Source: Aureibacter tunicatorum
GTDB lineage: Bacteria > Bacteroidota > Bacteroidia > Cytophagales > Cyclobacteriaceae
Length of the DNA stretch: 64,000 nucleotides
Direction: 5' to 3'
Assembly (NCBI RefSeq): GCF_036492635.1
Contig: NZ_AP025305.1
Span: 3,798,000-3,861,999, forward strand
Below the pieces are notes generated by a model. That model did no database searches. It had not been told where the DNA came from and saw nothing but the letters and a program-made list of their open reading frames with translations. How positions within the stretch are numbered: position 1 is the stretch's first letter; the number at the start of each line of letters is the position of its first letter. Position numbers and translations under genes: made by a program. Shown piece after piece: positions 19,459-29,216 of this stretch.

Positions 19459-20124
19459 TTATACATAGTCTTTAAGAATCTTATTAATCGTCTGTTTATA
19501 ATCACGCTCTTTGATAGGATCTCCAATTGCATGGAATTTCCATTCTCCATTGCGTCGATAGAGTTTGCCCATGATCATCGATACATACCCCGCATATGAA
19601 CTATCCCCAGCCACATCGAATGTCGCAAAAACCTTATTAACCTTGGAAGGTGTGCCTTCGTACATGCGAATCTTTGCAAAAGGGATTTCAGCAAAATCCT
19701 GCTTTTTATAACTATTTAAGAAAAAGAAAACCTGCTCGGTGGCGGGATTGATCTTAGGCAAATTAACAGTGATAACTTCATTGTCCAAGCCATCATCTCC
19801 ATCCATATCACCTGTCAAGTCATCTCCACTGTGTATTATGGCTCTGTCTTTACTTTTCAAGTCTCCATAAAATACAAAGTCTACGACTTTGCCATTTTTA
19901 TCAACCATCAGACAACTGGCATCCAAGTCAACTTCAACCTTTTTGCCTGTCATTCCAACTGCTTTTTTCACTATTCCAAAAAATGAGCTCTCGTCCGCAG
20001 GGATTTCTATAGCTCCCCAGTTAAGTCCCACGCAAAAAGATTTCAGAGCCGTGCTAGTATTCGCTCCGCTTGTTCCGGGCTTGACCAAATTGATCTTTTG
20101 CCCTTTTACTAATGTAACTGCCAT
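19459..20124 (-). CDS. TerD-domain protein (type A paralogue)
   Basis: 'MAVTLVKGQKINL', 'HSGDDLTGDMDGDDGLDNE'. Confidence 0.85.
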   Translation of the reverse strand: MAVTLVKGQKINLVKPGTSGANTSTALKSFCVGLNWGAIEIPADESSFFGIVKKAVGMTGKKVEVDLDASCLMVDKNGKVVDFVFYGDLKSKDRAIIHSGDDLTGDMDGDDGLDNEVITVNLPKINPATEQVFFFLNSYKKQDFAEIPFAKIRMYEGTPSKVNKVFATFDVAGDSSYAGYVSMIMGKLYRRNGEWKFHAIGDPIKERDYKQTINKILKDYV

Positions 20125-20139
20125 ATTTGTTAGTCAAAA

Positions 20140-20781
20140 TTACGCCAACCAGCTTGGGTCGCAATATTTATAAAAAAAGTGATCTATCTCCTCGTTGTAA
20201 CTCATGCCCATAGCATCAAACTTCCACTCAGAACCTCTACGATACAGTCGAGCAACCTCTATCGAAGTCTCAGTGGAGTAATCTTCATCAAGGTCGTATT
20301 GCAATTCCTCTCTGCCTGTGTTCTCATCATATATGCGAATGTATGAATTTCGAACTTGCCCGAAATTTTGTCCTCTAGATTCCGCATCATATATCGTAAC
20401 CACAATTATGATTTCTTGAGTATCCGAGCTAACCTTTTGAAGATCAATATTGATCGTCTCGTCGTCGCCTCCATCGCTTTCGTTTCCTGAAGTATCATCA
20501 AATGACCCCAAGACAGCTCCGTCTGAAGACATCGGCCTTGTCTTCGCTTTCCAATCATCATCGCTGGCGAATTTACTGCTGAATGGCTCCGTTCTTAATT
20601 CACTTTGATAAAAAACAAAATCGGATTGCTTGCCGCACTTCCCATTGGACCCAATCAAAAAAGCCGAAACATCCAAATCAAAGTCTTCACCAGAAGAAGT
20701 GTTTGGGTCCCAACCCAGACCTACGCCCAGCTTGTTAAGACCCATCGTTACGCGTTGTCCTTTTTTTAACTTTATTCCCAT
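20140..20781 (-). CDS. TerD-domain protein (divergent type C, with inserted acidic/Ser-rich loop)
   Basis: 'MGIKLKKGQRVTM', '...SGNESDGGDDETINIDL', C-terminal 'WKFDAMG'. Confidence 0.8.
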   Translation of the reverse strand: MGIKLKKGQRVTMGLNKLGVGLGWDPNTSSGEDFDLDVSAFLIGSNGKCGKQSDFVFYQSELRTEPFSSKFASDDDWKAKTRPMSSDGAVLGSFDDTSGNESDGGDDETINIDLQKVSSDTQEIIIVVTIYDAESRGQNFGQVRNSYIRIYDENTGREELQYDLDEDYSTETSIEVARLYRRGSEWKFDAMGMSYNEEIDHFFYKYCDPSWLA

Positions 20782-20799
20782 TATACTTAAAAATACTCC

Positions 20800-21354
20800 T
20801 TAAACCTCTAATCCATATTTTTGAACAAAGAAACCTAAATCTTCCATGTATCCAATTCCCATAGCTTCAAACTTCCATTGGCCTGAACGCTTATACAGCC
20901 TTCCGAACTCTATCGATTTTTCAACGGAATAATCTTCATCCAATTCATAAATCATAATTTCTTCATTGGACTTTTTATCTGTGATACGAATGTAAGAGTT
21001 TCTTACCTGACCAAAATTTTGACCTCGTTCTTCGGCTTCATGTATCGTCACCACAAACACTATCTGATCGACTCTAGAATCAAGTTTCGAGATATCAACG
21101 CTGATCACTTCATCATCGCCATCGCCATCGCCGGTTCTGTTATCTCCGGTATGAACGACTGCCTTGTCAGCCGATTCAAGTTGATTATAAAAAACAATAA
21201 ATGATTCAGAAATCGTATTGCCAGACTCATCCAACATAAATGCTGTCACATCAAGGTCTGACTCTCCTCTTGAATTAATATCCCAACCCAAGCCTACGTT
21301 GAAGCTATTCGTCTCGATATTAGATCTTTGCCCTTTTACTAAATTTACTGCCAT
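20800..21354 (-). CDS. TerD-domain protein (type B paralogue)
   Basis: Internal ATG at 21354 gives 'MAVNLVKGQRSNIE...GDNRTGDGDGDDE'. Upstream ORF-track extension is AT-rich junk. Confidence 0.85.
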   Translation of the reverse strand: MAVNLVKGQRSNIETNSFNVGLGWDINSRGESDLDVTAFMLDESGNTISESFIVFYNQLESADKAVVHTGDNRTGDGDGDDEVISVDISKLDSRVDQIVFVVTIHEAEERGQNFGQVRNSYIRITDKKSNEEIMIYELDEDYSVEKSIEFGRLYKRSGQWKFEAMGIGYMEDLGFFVQKYGLEV

Positions 21355-22160
21355 GAATTCCTTCCAAAAAAATGAATCTGATTTATAAAATAATACAAAT
21401 AATCGATGTTCATATCGTAAGCATCTAATATTTAGTTCTAATGAAATTGATAATTCATTCTCATCACAAGTAACTAAAAATATCAATTTATATACTTTTT
21501 TGTTAAAAACAATAAAGCTAACCATGATTTTAAAAAAGTTAAAAAAAATATTCTTATATAACTATAACTAAAAACTATTTCACACTCTTATTATCAATGC
21601 TTTAATCATTGCTAGAATGAATTAAAGAGTTAAATATCAAATTAAATTGAAATAAAAGTCATAATTCATCAATAAAAATCATATCATAAAAAACAATTAA
21701 AACATCTAAAATCACAATAAATTTATCTGAAAAAATAAATATTAAACCCATTAAACACTCAATAATTTAACTGAAAATCAATATAAGTACAAATTAAAAA
21801 AGACTGAAGCAGGTAAAAACACTGCGACAGCCTCCGTTAATAGACACAATCAATCAACAAGCTATTGCCTATAATAATAACTTGTCATTCATAAACATCT
21901 ATTATCTTTAATTATTATATTAAATATTAAAAAATGAATTTATTCAACTACAGTTAATCAAAAGTATTGCTCTGTTCCAAAAATTCTAACCCTTTTACAT
22001 TTGAAGCTGATTTTATTCTACCAGCAATTCGAAAAAAAACAAGCTTACAGCTTTTTCAAAAAATGCCTTTTTTACCAAAATGAATAAATAATTACCCAAA
22101 AATGTCGGATAACAACTGTAAAATTTGCTCTGAATCAGATTGACAACAAAATTCAAAAAA

Positions 22161-22529
22161 ATGGGAGCAACAAACAGCATTATCAGAATTCTTTATGGAG
22201 CTTTTTTAACATTCTTCGGCGCCAACGGTATTAACCAGTCCAAGCTTATACTCAACTAGGTTTCAGACCTTGGACTCTTCACCGAAACAACAGGCTATCT
22301 TTTCATGGGAATCGCCATCTTTGAGATTATTATTGGAACCTTGCTAATCTCTAATATCGCAGTGCCTTTAGCTACACTTGCCATTTTTCCAGTAGCCATA
22401 TTCGCATTCTTCTATCATCTATCAATTGATATCCACGGAATTAGCGGAGCCGCATTCGCTTTAGTATTCAACATCATTCTGTTTATCCAGCATTTCGATT
22501 CTTATAAGATGCTTTTAGTTTCCAAATAA
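22161..22529 (+). pseudogene. DoxX-like small membrane protein interrupted by an in-frame TAG (22257-22259)
   Basis: ATG 22161 gives 'MGATNSIIRILYGAFLTFFGANGINQSKLILN', then TAG, then 'VSDLGLFTETTGYLFMGIAIFEII...' in the same frame. DoxX-like hydrophobic pattern. Confidence 0.45.
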
Positions 22530-22587
22530 CTATACTTCAAAGGCATAAGTCATATTGATCAGACAACTTATACCATCATCCTTTAAG

Positions 22588-23214
22588 CTAATTGGGAAAA
22601 TACTTCATATAGTATACGCTTAAACTTCCTTGGTCTATTCTTTCTGTCAATACAAAGCCTTTTTTCTTGTATATCTCCACATTCATGGCGTTGCCCGTCT
22701 CTAGGAAAACCGGCAAGTTTCTAACTGCGCATTCTTCAAGCATAGGGTTCATCAAACGACTAGCCAAGCCTCTCCCCTGTGCTTCTGGAGAAACTGCGAT
22801 CGAATACAAATAATAAAACGCTTGATTTTTGGGGAACTGCTTTGCGGTATTGGTTTTGTTATTCAAATTCCGAATCACGCAATCCAAGCCCATATTCCAT
22901 AAAAACGAAAAATCTCTCTTCAAGCCTCCAATCGTTAATGCCGATTTTTTTTCCGTTTTCCATAAAGCGACCGCCATGTTATCATTTGTAAGATAAATCT
23001 CTCCTTCTTCGAAAGCATCTTCTATAAGATAATCCATTATAAGCTCAAGCTTATTTTGCTTAGGAGATTGCTCAATCAACCACATTATATGGGGATCATG
23101 CCTGAATGAGTCTATTAAGATATTTTTGATGATCGGCTTATCATTTCTATTTGCTAACTTCAAGCCAGGGCTTTGAATCATAGATTTCATACTTCTGATG
23201 TTATTGAAGCACAA
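22588..23214 (-). CDS. GNAT-family N-acetyltransferase
   Basis: 'YSIAVSPEAQGRGLASRLM' acetyl-CoA-binding motif. Confidence 0.75.
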   Translation of the reverse strand: MCFNNIRSMKSMIQSPGLKLANRNDKPIIKNILIDSFRHDPHIMWLIEQSPKQNKLELIMDYLIEDAFEEGEIYLTNDNMAVALWKTEKKSALTIGGLKRDFSFLWNMGLDCVIRNLNNKTNTAKQFPKNQAFYYLYSIAVSPEAQGRGLASRLMNPMLEECAVRNLPVFLETGNAMNVEIYKKKGFVLTERIDQGSLSVYYMKYFPN

Positions 23215-23264
23215 AGCTAACGCTCATAAAAGTGAATTCATTTGACAATTATCAAATAATCAGA

Positions 23265-23834
23265 TCAACGAGCATTTGCTCTTATTCGGCTCAATGTCTC
23301 CAGCGTAACCCCCAAATAAGAAGCGATATAAGTCAGTGGAATTTGCTTTAAAATGTATGAATTATTCTCCAGCAAAAAACGATACCGCTCAGCCGCGGTG
23401 CAAAACTGTATGGAGTGCAATCGCTCTTCAAGCAATAAAACGTAGGCGGAAGTCAACGTCTCTCGAATCTCCCTCAATTCAGGATACTTGTCTTTAATCA
23501 TCTCAAAATCTTGAATGCTCATCCTATACACCTTGCTATCCACAACCGCTTGAATTGTCTCATCACTTTCCTTTTTGAGCAAAGAACTTCGAAAATTCGT
23601 CGCTACGTCATTGGGAAACGTAAAGCCTGTAGTTACCTCTATTCCTTTTTTAGTATAAAAATTCCTCAAGATGCCTTCCTCAACAAAGTAGTAATAATTG
23701 CAAACACTGCCTTCCTTAAGCAAGCAATCGCTTTTACTTATCGAAAGGAGCTCCAGGTACTTCTCCGCCTCCGTCATCATCAGCTTTTTTAGCTTGGGTA
23801 TCGCATGACTATTTATGTAAGTCAAGTAATCCAT
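23265..23834 (-). CDS. Crp/Fnr-family transcriptional regulator
   Basis: cNMP-binding-like N-terminus and C-terminal HTH 'IASYLGVTLETLSRIR'. Confidence 0.75.
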   Translation of the reverse strand: MDYLTYINSHAIPKLKKLMMTEAEKYLELLSISKSDCLLKEGSVCNYYYFVEEGILRNFYTKKGIEVTTGFTFPNDVATNFRSSLLKKESDETIQAVVDSKVYRMSIQDFEMIKDKYPELREIRETLTSAYVLLLEERLHSIQFCTAAERYRFLLENNSYILKQIPLTYIASYLGVTLETLSRIRANAR

Positions 23835-23948
23835 GAAAATATATTAATTGATTTGCTCTCAAAATAAATGCTTGCTCAAAGGTAAGTTGAACAATAGGTT
23901 TACATTTCCTTTGTCTCATTTGTTTGATATCTTATCAAAATAGTTCAT

Positions 23949-24851
23949 TTACTTAATCGGTATGCACAAATCCACTATCGCTTTCTTCTCTGGATGGCTA
24001 TTGAAGTCGTTGTAATAAATTCCAAAAGGCTCTCGATCCGCTTTTTGATATTCATTTTCATTCATCCATAAAAATAATCCAGTCCACGCCTGCTCAAACT
24101 CCTGCATGCCTAATTCAAAACTTCCGACGATAAATTTTCCTTCAGGGATAAATTTTAGTCTGACCTCCTCTTTTGCTTGCTTTAGCTCTTTTTGAAGAAG
24201 CAAACAAGCATCCATTCTCACTTTATGAGGTTCAGTAACCTTGAAGCTGTCATGATAGATTGTGATCATTTGGCTTTGATCATTCATTAAGCCTTCTGAC
24301 ATTCCCCATTGCACAAGTTTTTGATAATTACGTCCCAACTCTTCCAACCCCATACTGTGGATATAAGCGACTTGCATCGCTGGCAAATTCTTAATGCCTA
24401 CCTTTTTCGCATTTTTCATAATCCATTGTTTTAGTTCATTGATAAAACAAATGTATTGTTCCGAATCAGGATAGACTTGGCCATTCTTGCTATTTATCAT
24501 TTTAATCCTTAAGAACTTATTGGGATGCTCAAGTCTGAAAGCTGTAGGACTCATGCCGTAATACTTTTTGAAAGATCGGGTAAATGAAGAATTATCCTGA
24601 AAACCAAACATCAAAGCAATCTCAGTAATACTCGTCAAATGATGAACAAGCTCAGATGCCGACTTCTCAATTTTTCGTCTAACAATATACCCATTGGGAG
24701 TTTCACTTGTAATCATCTTAAAAATACGATGAAAGTGATAAGGCGACATGCTAGCTTGGTTTGCCAATACTTCCAATGACAAATCCTCATTCAAATTACG
24801 ATCTATGTACTCAAAAACATCATGGATTTTGATACGATGATAGCTTTTCAC
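23949..24851 (-). CDS. AraC-family transcriptional regulator with C-terminal GyrI-like effector-binding domain
   Basis: N-terminal AraC HTH ('SPYHFHRIFKMITSETPNGYIVRRKIEKSASEL'). C-terminal roughly 150-aa GyrI-like fold pattern. Confidence 0.7.
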   Translation of the reverse strand: MKSYHRIKIHDVFEYIDRNLNEDLSLEVLANQASMSPYHFHRIFKMITSETPNGYIVRRKIEKSASELVHHLTSITEIALMFGFQDNSSFTRSFKKYYGMSPTAFRLEHPNKFLRIKMINSKNGQVYPDSEQYICFINELKQWIMKNAKKVGIKNLPAMQVAYIHSMGLEELGRNYQKLVQWGMSEGLMNDQSQMITIYHDSFKVTEPHKVRMDACLLLQKELKQAKEEVRLKFIPEGKFIVGSFELGMQEFEQAWTGLFLWMNENEYQKADREPFGIYYNDFNSHPEKKAIVDLCIPIK

Positions 24852-24860
24852 TGCTTTTTC

Positions 24861-25631
24861 CTAATTAACCTTCAACTTCTGCCCGATGCTGATGGTATTA
24901 GACTTCAAGCCATTCAGGCGTTTTATCTGATCCACGGACATGCCGTATTTTCTCGACAACGAATAAAGCGTATCTCCTTTGGCTACTGTATGCGTTTTAG
25001 CACTGCTGTTCGACTTTGTCTTCTTAGGAGTTTCTTGTTTAGGCGCCTTGCTTTTTCCTTTCAATACCAGTTGATCATATTTATGAAGATCATAACGCTC
25101 GATAAGATCGATTAGCTTTTGCGGATATCTACTATCAGTCGCATAACCTGCCTTTTTCAATCCATGCGCCCAAGATTTGTAATCATGAGGCTTGTATTTA
25201 TACAGAAACTGGTATCGACTTTTCTTCAAGAACAAGGAATGATCATTGAAGGACTCTCTTGGATGATTGTACTTTCTGAAACATTCACCCTTGCGATTAT
25301 CGTCATGATATACTTTCTTACCCTTCCAGTCCGAATGGCATTTGATTCCAAAGTGGTTATTGGAACGCTTGGCTAGATCACTCTCTCCACTGCCTGACTC
25401 TAATATCCCTTGAGCCAGAGTGATACTCGCCGGAATCTTGTGGGTTTTCATCTGGCTCATCGCAATATCAGAATATGTATCGATATACCTGTGTACTTTA
25501 TTATTATAACTGCCTGAGCTTGCTTTTCTTTGTACTGTAGGCTTTGATGTTACTTGAACTTTTTTGCTCGTGCTGCACCCAATCATAGCGCATGCAGAAA
25601 ATAACATGAGTAATGATAAAAATCTATTCAT
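24861..25631 (-). CDS. Peptidoglycan hydrolase lipoprotein: glucosaminidase (FlgJ-like) domain plus C-terminal LysM
   Basis: Lipobox 'SACAMIGCS'. 'SITLAQGILESGSGESDLAKRSNNHFGIK' glucosaminidase motif. LysM 'HTVAKGDTLYSLSRKYGMSVDQIKRLNGL'. Confidence 0.75.
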   Translation of the reverse strand: MNRFLSLLMLFSACAMIGCSTSKKVQVTSKPTVQRKASSGSYNNKVHRYIDTYSDIAMSQMKTHKIPASITLAQGILESGSGESDLAKRSNNHFGIKCHSDWKGKKVYHDDNRKGECFRKYNHPRESFNDHSLFLKKSRYQFLYKYKPHDYKSWAHGLKKAGYATDSRYPQKLIDLIERYDLHKYDQLVLKGKSKAPKQETPKKTKSNSSAKTHTVAKGDTLYSLSRKYGMSVDQIKRLNGLKSNTISIGQKLKVN

Positions 25632-25893
25632 ATTTAAAAATAGGAGTAATTAACAATCTATTCTAGGATAAAGCCTTGTATCAATATGCTATAACTATCC
25701 CTTGGAACTATTTCCTTAAATGAAAAATACGAATATTTTCTAACTGATTACTTATTCAATGACTGGAATAAACACAATATCCACAAAATAATTAGTCATC
25801 AGGACTGTACCATGAACTATTTGGAGTTTAATAAAACTAATTGAAGCCATATCATAAATATAAATTGCTAACAAACCTTTTACCGTTAACTTA

Positions 25894-26676
25894 TCACTCT
25901 TTGTTAAACAATCTACTAAGTTGAAATTTACACCAATCAGTCTCTTGTATAATAATTTCATTTAATTTTCTTTCCCAATCTATTTCAGGTAATAGAATAT
26001 GACAATAATAACTATCTTCAAAAAATAATTGCATCGATTTTAATAACGCTCCATGTACCTGTTTTGATAATACTTGTATATCGTAATAAACTTCTCCTCT
26101 TTCTAAACCATTAATTAAATTTTTGAACTTATAAAATACATGTGTATAATCTTCAAGTGAAACAAAATCAACACCTTCAATTTCTAAATTCCCACTCCTA
26201 CTCACTTCTTGCATACTTTTTCTCTGTAGTTTTTTAGAGGAAATTCTTAATATTTCCTGAAAGCACCCAGTCCAACCCAATCCAGATTCTGGATCATACC
26301 ATAACAATGATCTATCTAGCACCAGTTGAATAAAAATAAGTAAACTCTTGTTATTGGCTTTATCAATTAGAGAATCAATATCATCTTGAATATTAATTTT
26401 TGGACAGCAATAATGATCCAACAAAGAAAGATGAATAGCATCTAAGTTATAAATGGATTTAGTTTTCATCCAAATCACAGCATCCTCTTTAGACAGAAAT
26501 GTTCTACTTATAATAAATAATCTAATAATATTATGTTCATGAGCCCATGAATGCTCATTATCTACGATTGGAAGTGATACATTAACCCATTTATACCTAC
26601 TATTAATAAGTTCATCAGTTATCCTTAAGTAATTCCAGTTTGTATTATTAAACGATTCAGATATTGTACTATACAT
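25894..26676 (-). CDS. Hypothetical protein in AT-rich segment
   Basis: 260-aa ORF, no recognised motif. Markedly lower GC than neighbours. Confidence 0.4.
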   Translation of the reverse strand: MYSTISESFNNTNWNYLRITDELINSRYKWVNVSLPIVDNEHSWAHEHNIIRLFIISRTFLSKEDAVIWMKTKSIYNLDAIHLSLLDHYCCPKINIQDDIDSLIDKANNKSLLIFIQLVLDRSLLWYDPESGLGWTGCFQEILRISSKKLQRKSMQEVSRSGNLEIEGVDFVSLEDYTHVFYKFKNLINGLERGEVYYDIQVLSKQVHGALLKSMQLFFEDSYYCHILLPEIDWERKLNEIIIQETDWCKFQLSRLFNKE

Positions 26677-26688
26677 TACACTCTTCTC

Positions 26689-27147
26689 TTAATTATTAAA
26701 AAATATGTACCCATTTAAGGAGGAAGCAATAAGAAGCCAAATGAAATAAGGAAGAATCAGCGCGAATTTCACTTTTGTCTCTGGCCAATACAAAAAGAGA
26801 ATGCAACCAATTAAAACTGTAAGCGCAACAATTAAAATCAGAGCTAATAATACATTATGATAATAAAAGAAAGTAGGATTCCATGCGACATTCAGCAACC
26901 ATTGCAAACTAAAAAGAGCAATCAAAACATTTTTACTTTTCACACTTGGCCACAGATAAGCTAGATAAATGCTGAAACAAACCATGATTATAGTCCAAGC
27001 AAGCCCAAACATCCAACCGGGAGGCGTCCAAGGAGCCTTAAGCAAATCCGAATACCAATCGGAAGAGACTCCTTTGCCAGTAAAATAACTGCCTAATGCC
27101 AAAGCTCCGAAATTAAAGGACAGAAATACGATTAATCTAAGTATCAT
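26689..27147 (-). CDS. tspO: TspO/MBR (tryptophan-rich sensory protein) family membrane protein
   Basis: Trp-rich five-TM protein with 'WYSDLLKAPWTPPGWMFGLAWTIIM'. Confidence 0.75.
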   Translation of the reverse strand: MILRLIVFLSFNFGALALGSYFTGKGVSSDWYSDLLKAPWTPPGWMFGLAWTIIMVCFSIYLAYLWPSVKSKNVLIALFSLQWLLNVAWNPTFFYYHNVLLALILIVALTVLIGCILFLYWPETKVKFALILPYFIWLLIASSLNGYIFFNN

Positions 27148-27322
27148 ATGTTGATTTAATTTAGTTCAGATACATCATTCTTTTTCAAATAAGAACATAG
27201 TTTATATTGAATTTCAAATTTATTTTAATAAAAAACAAACTTAAAAAATGAGAAAAAATCATAGCTAAAAGACGAGTTGTCATAATAATTTTACAATCTC
27301 AAATACGTTCTTTCGACAACAA

Positions 27323-28144
27323 ATGAATAAATTAAACTTCCATATCGACAAAGACTTGGATGGTGTTGAGATAATGTCCGCTAATATATTATCGCAAAAC
27401 ACTCACGCCCATACACACCAAGAATACGCTATTGGTGTAATGGAAAGAGGCGTTCAATCCTATGATCCCAAACGTAAAAAAGACAAATACATGGTGTCAG
27501 GCGATATACCTGTTGTCAATCCATTTACAGTGCACAATAGTCAAAATCTTGATGAAGATGGATTTAGCTACCGCATGTTTTACATTGACAGCAAGGTTAT
27601 AGAGCATATATCTTCGCAAGTATTTGAAATTCCTGATGCTGCCCGTATTTTTGATCGGTTTTTTATACGTGATCATTATGTTGAAAGAAACTTAATCCAT
27701 TTGCATCACATTCTGGAGAACAATGCTTTTGATATTATACAGAAGCAAAACTATTTTTATGAAGTCATAGCTTATTTGCTCAAAACACATTCAATACTCA
27801 AAGCTCATAGCCCTAGCATCATCAATGCGCATTCTGCAATTCAAAGAGTTGAGGAATATATTCATGCGCGCTATTCTCAAAAAATCGAATTGAAAGACCT
27901 GTCAAAAGTCGCATGCATGAGCCCCTATCACCTAAACAGGCTATTTGCGAAAAAAAAAGGCTTAAGTCCTCATCAATACTTAATCAACTTGCGGTTGAAT
28001 AAAGCCCGAGAGCTCTTAAAGAGCAATTATAGCGCTACTGAAATAAGCCATCAAGTAGGCTTTTATGATCAAGCTCACTTTACACGAAACTTCAAGCTAT
28101 ACATCGGAATTACCCCAAAGCAATACCAAAAACAGATTATATAG
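27323..28144 (+). CDS. AraC-family transcriptional regulator (cupin-type sensor plus HTH)
   Basis: C-terminal 'SPYHLNRLFAKKKGLSPHQYLINLRLNKARELL'. Confidence 0.75.
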   Translation: MNKLNFHIDKDLDGVEIMSANILSQNTHAHTHQEYAIGVMERGVQSYDPKRKKDKYMVSGDIPVVNPFTVHNSQNLDEDGFSYRMFYIDSKVIEHISSQVFEIPDAARIFDRFFIRDHYVERNLIHLHHILENNAFDIIQKQNYFYEVIAYLLKTHSILKAHSPSIINAHSAIQRVEEYIHARYSQKIELKDLSKVACMSPYHLNRLFAKKKGLSPHQYLINLRLNKARELLKSNYSATEISHQVGFYDQAHFTRNFKLYIGITPKQYQKQII

Positions 28145-28246
28145 CAAGAATATACAAGTTTTAAAATATCCTCTTATCTAGTTTTGCTTATATGAACAAT
28201 TCCGATAATATCAGTTATAAAACTGAGATACTTAGACAAGAACAAT

Positions 28247-28579
28247 ATGATAAATGAAAATCCATTACTTTCGAAATTCCCCTCTGCTGACATCGCTGTG
28301 GCAGGAGTCTTTTCAAAGCTTATTCAAGCTGGAGAACAACAATTTATCTTCATGGAGTTTGAATCAGACGCAGTGATTCCTCCTCACTCCCATAATGCTC
28401 AATGGGGCATTGTACTGGATGGAGAAATGGAGTTAACGATCAATAGCAGAGTACTTAGACTTAAAAAAGGCGACTCATATTTTATCAAAAAAGGGGAAAT
28501 TCATTCGGCTAAAATCAAAGCTGGCTACAAAGATCTCACATTGTTTGATCAAAAAGATCGCTACACTCCTATGAAATAA
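28247..28579 (+). CDS. Cupin-domain protein
   Basis: 'PPHSHNAQWGIVLDGEMEL...GDSYFIKKGEIHSA'. Confidence 0.6.
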   Translation: MINENPLLSKFPSADIAVAGVFSKLIQAGEQQFIFMEFESDAVIPPHSHNAQWGIVLDGEMELTINSRVLRLKKGDSYFIKKGEIHSAKIKAGYKDLTLFDQKDRYTPMK

Positions 28580-28700
28580 AACTAAACCTTTCAAAAACGA
28601 ATCAGTCGGACTGCATGTTCTGATTCGTTCTTTTCAAATTTTAAGCACACTACAAAAACTTTCGAAAATGCACATAAAATAAGGCCATCACTCACTTCGT

Positions 28701-29216
28701 CTAAAAAAACACTAATTGGCAATCAGGAAGAAGCTTAATCTGATCACAGCCGCCAATATATTTTGTGATTTTTTCAAATACTTTCCTTAATCTCTTCGCA
28801 TTAACTTCATTCGACTCTGAGTGAACTCTCCAATCAATAATAGACGTGTCATTTTTAAACCTATATTCAAGGTAATAATCAGTATGCGGAGTTATATATA
28901 ATGTAGTAGTCGGAGCATAACTATGTGGATACTTACAAATATCAATATCAACAAGATCTTGATAAATTTCTTTTTTAAAATCCAGACCAATGACGAAACT
29001 TATCGTGGTATCTTGATCCCAATCAAATTTATATGTTAAAGAATCGGTAAACGTATCAATCTTGTAAATTCCGAAATTAACTTCAGCCTTGAAGTCAAAT
29101 GTTACAGGCATTTCTTTGTCATAACGACAAGAAGAAACTTTTCGAATACATCCATGTAAAATAAATACAACAAATAACACACTTATAAATTTCATAAGAT
29201 TGCAACTCATCATCAT
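28701..29216 (-). CDS. Hypothetical lipoprotein
   Basis: Signal plus lipobox 'FILHGCIRK'. Start overlaps the upstream gene's stop by 4 nt. Confidence 0.5.
   Translation of the reverse strand: MMMSCNLMKFISVLFVVFILHGCIRKVSSCRYDKEMPVTFDFKAEVNFGIYKIDTFTDSLTYKFDWDQDTTISFVIGLDFKKEIYQDLVDIDICKYPHSYAPTTTLYITPHTDYYLEYRFKNDTSIIDWRVHSESNEVNAKRLRKVFEKITKYIGGCDQIKLLPDCQLVFF

Noticed and set aside
18767-21525. Long N-terminal extensions of two TerD ORFs (starts 19459 and 21525 in the ORF track)
   Set aside because: The extensions are low-complexity, overlap upstream genes or AT-rich spacer, and have no TerD homology. The internal ATGs give the canonical 'MAINLKKGQ' / 'MAVNLVKGQ' N-termini.
6374-22259. 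Stop-codon reassignment (TAA/TAG read as sense) to explain the two in-frame stops
   Set aside because: About 70 other genes in the window end with standard stops and give full-length homologous proteins, and no further internal stops are seen. A recoded genome would show many.
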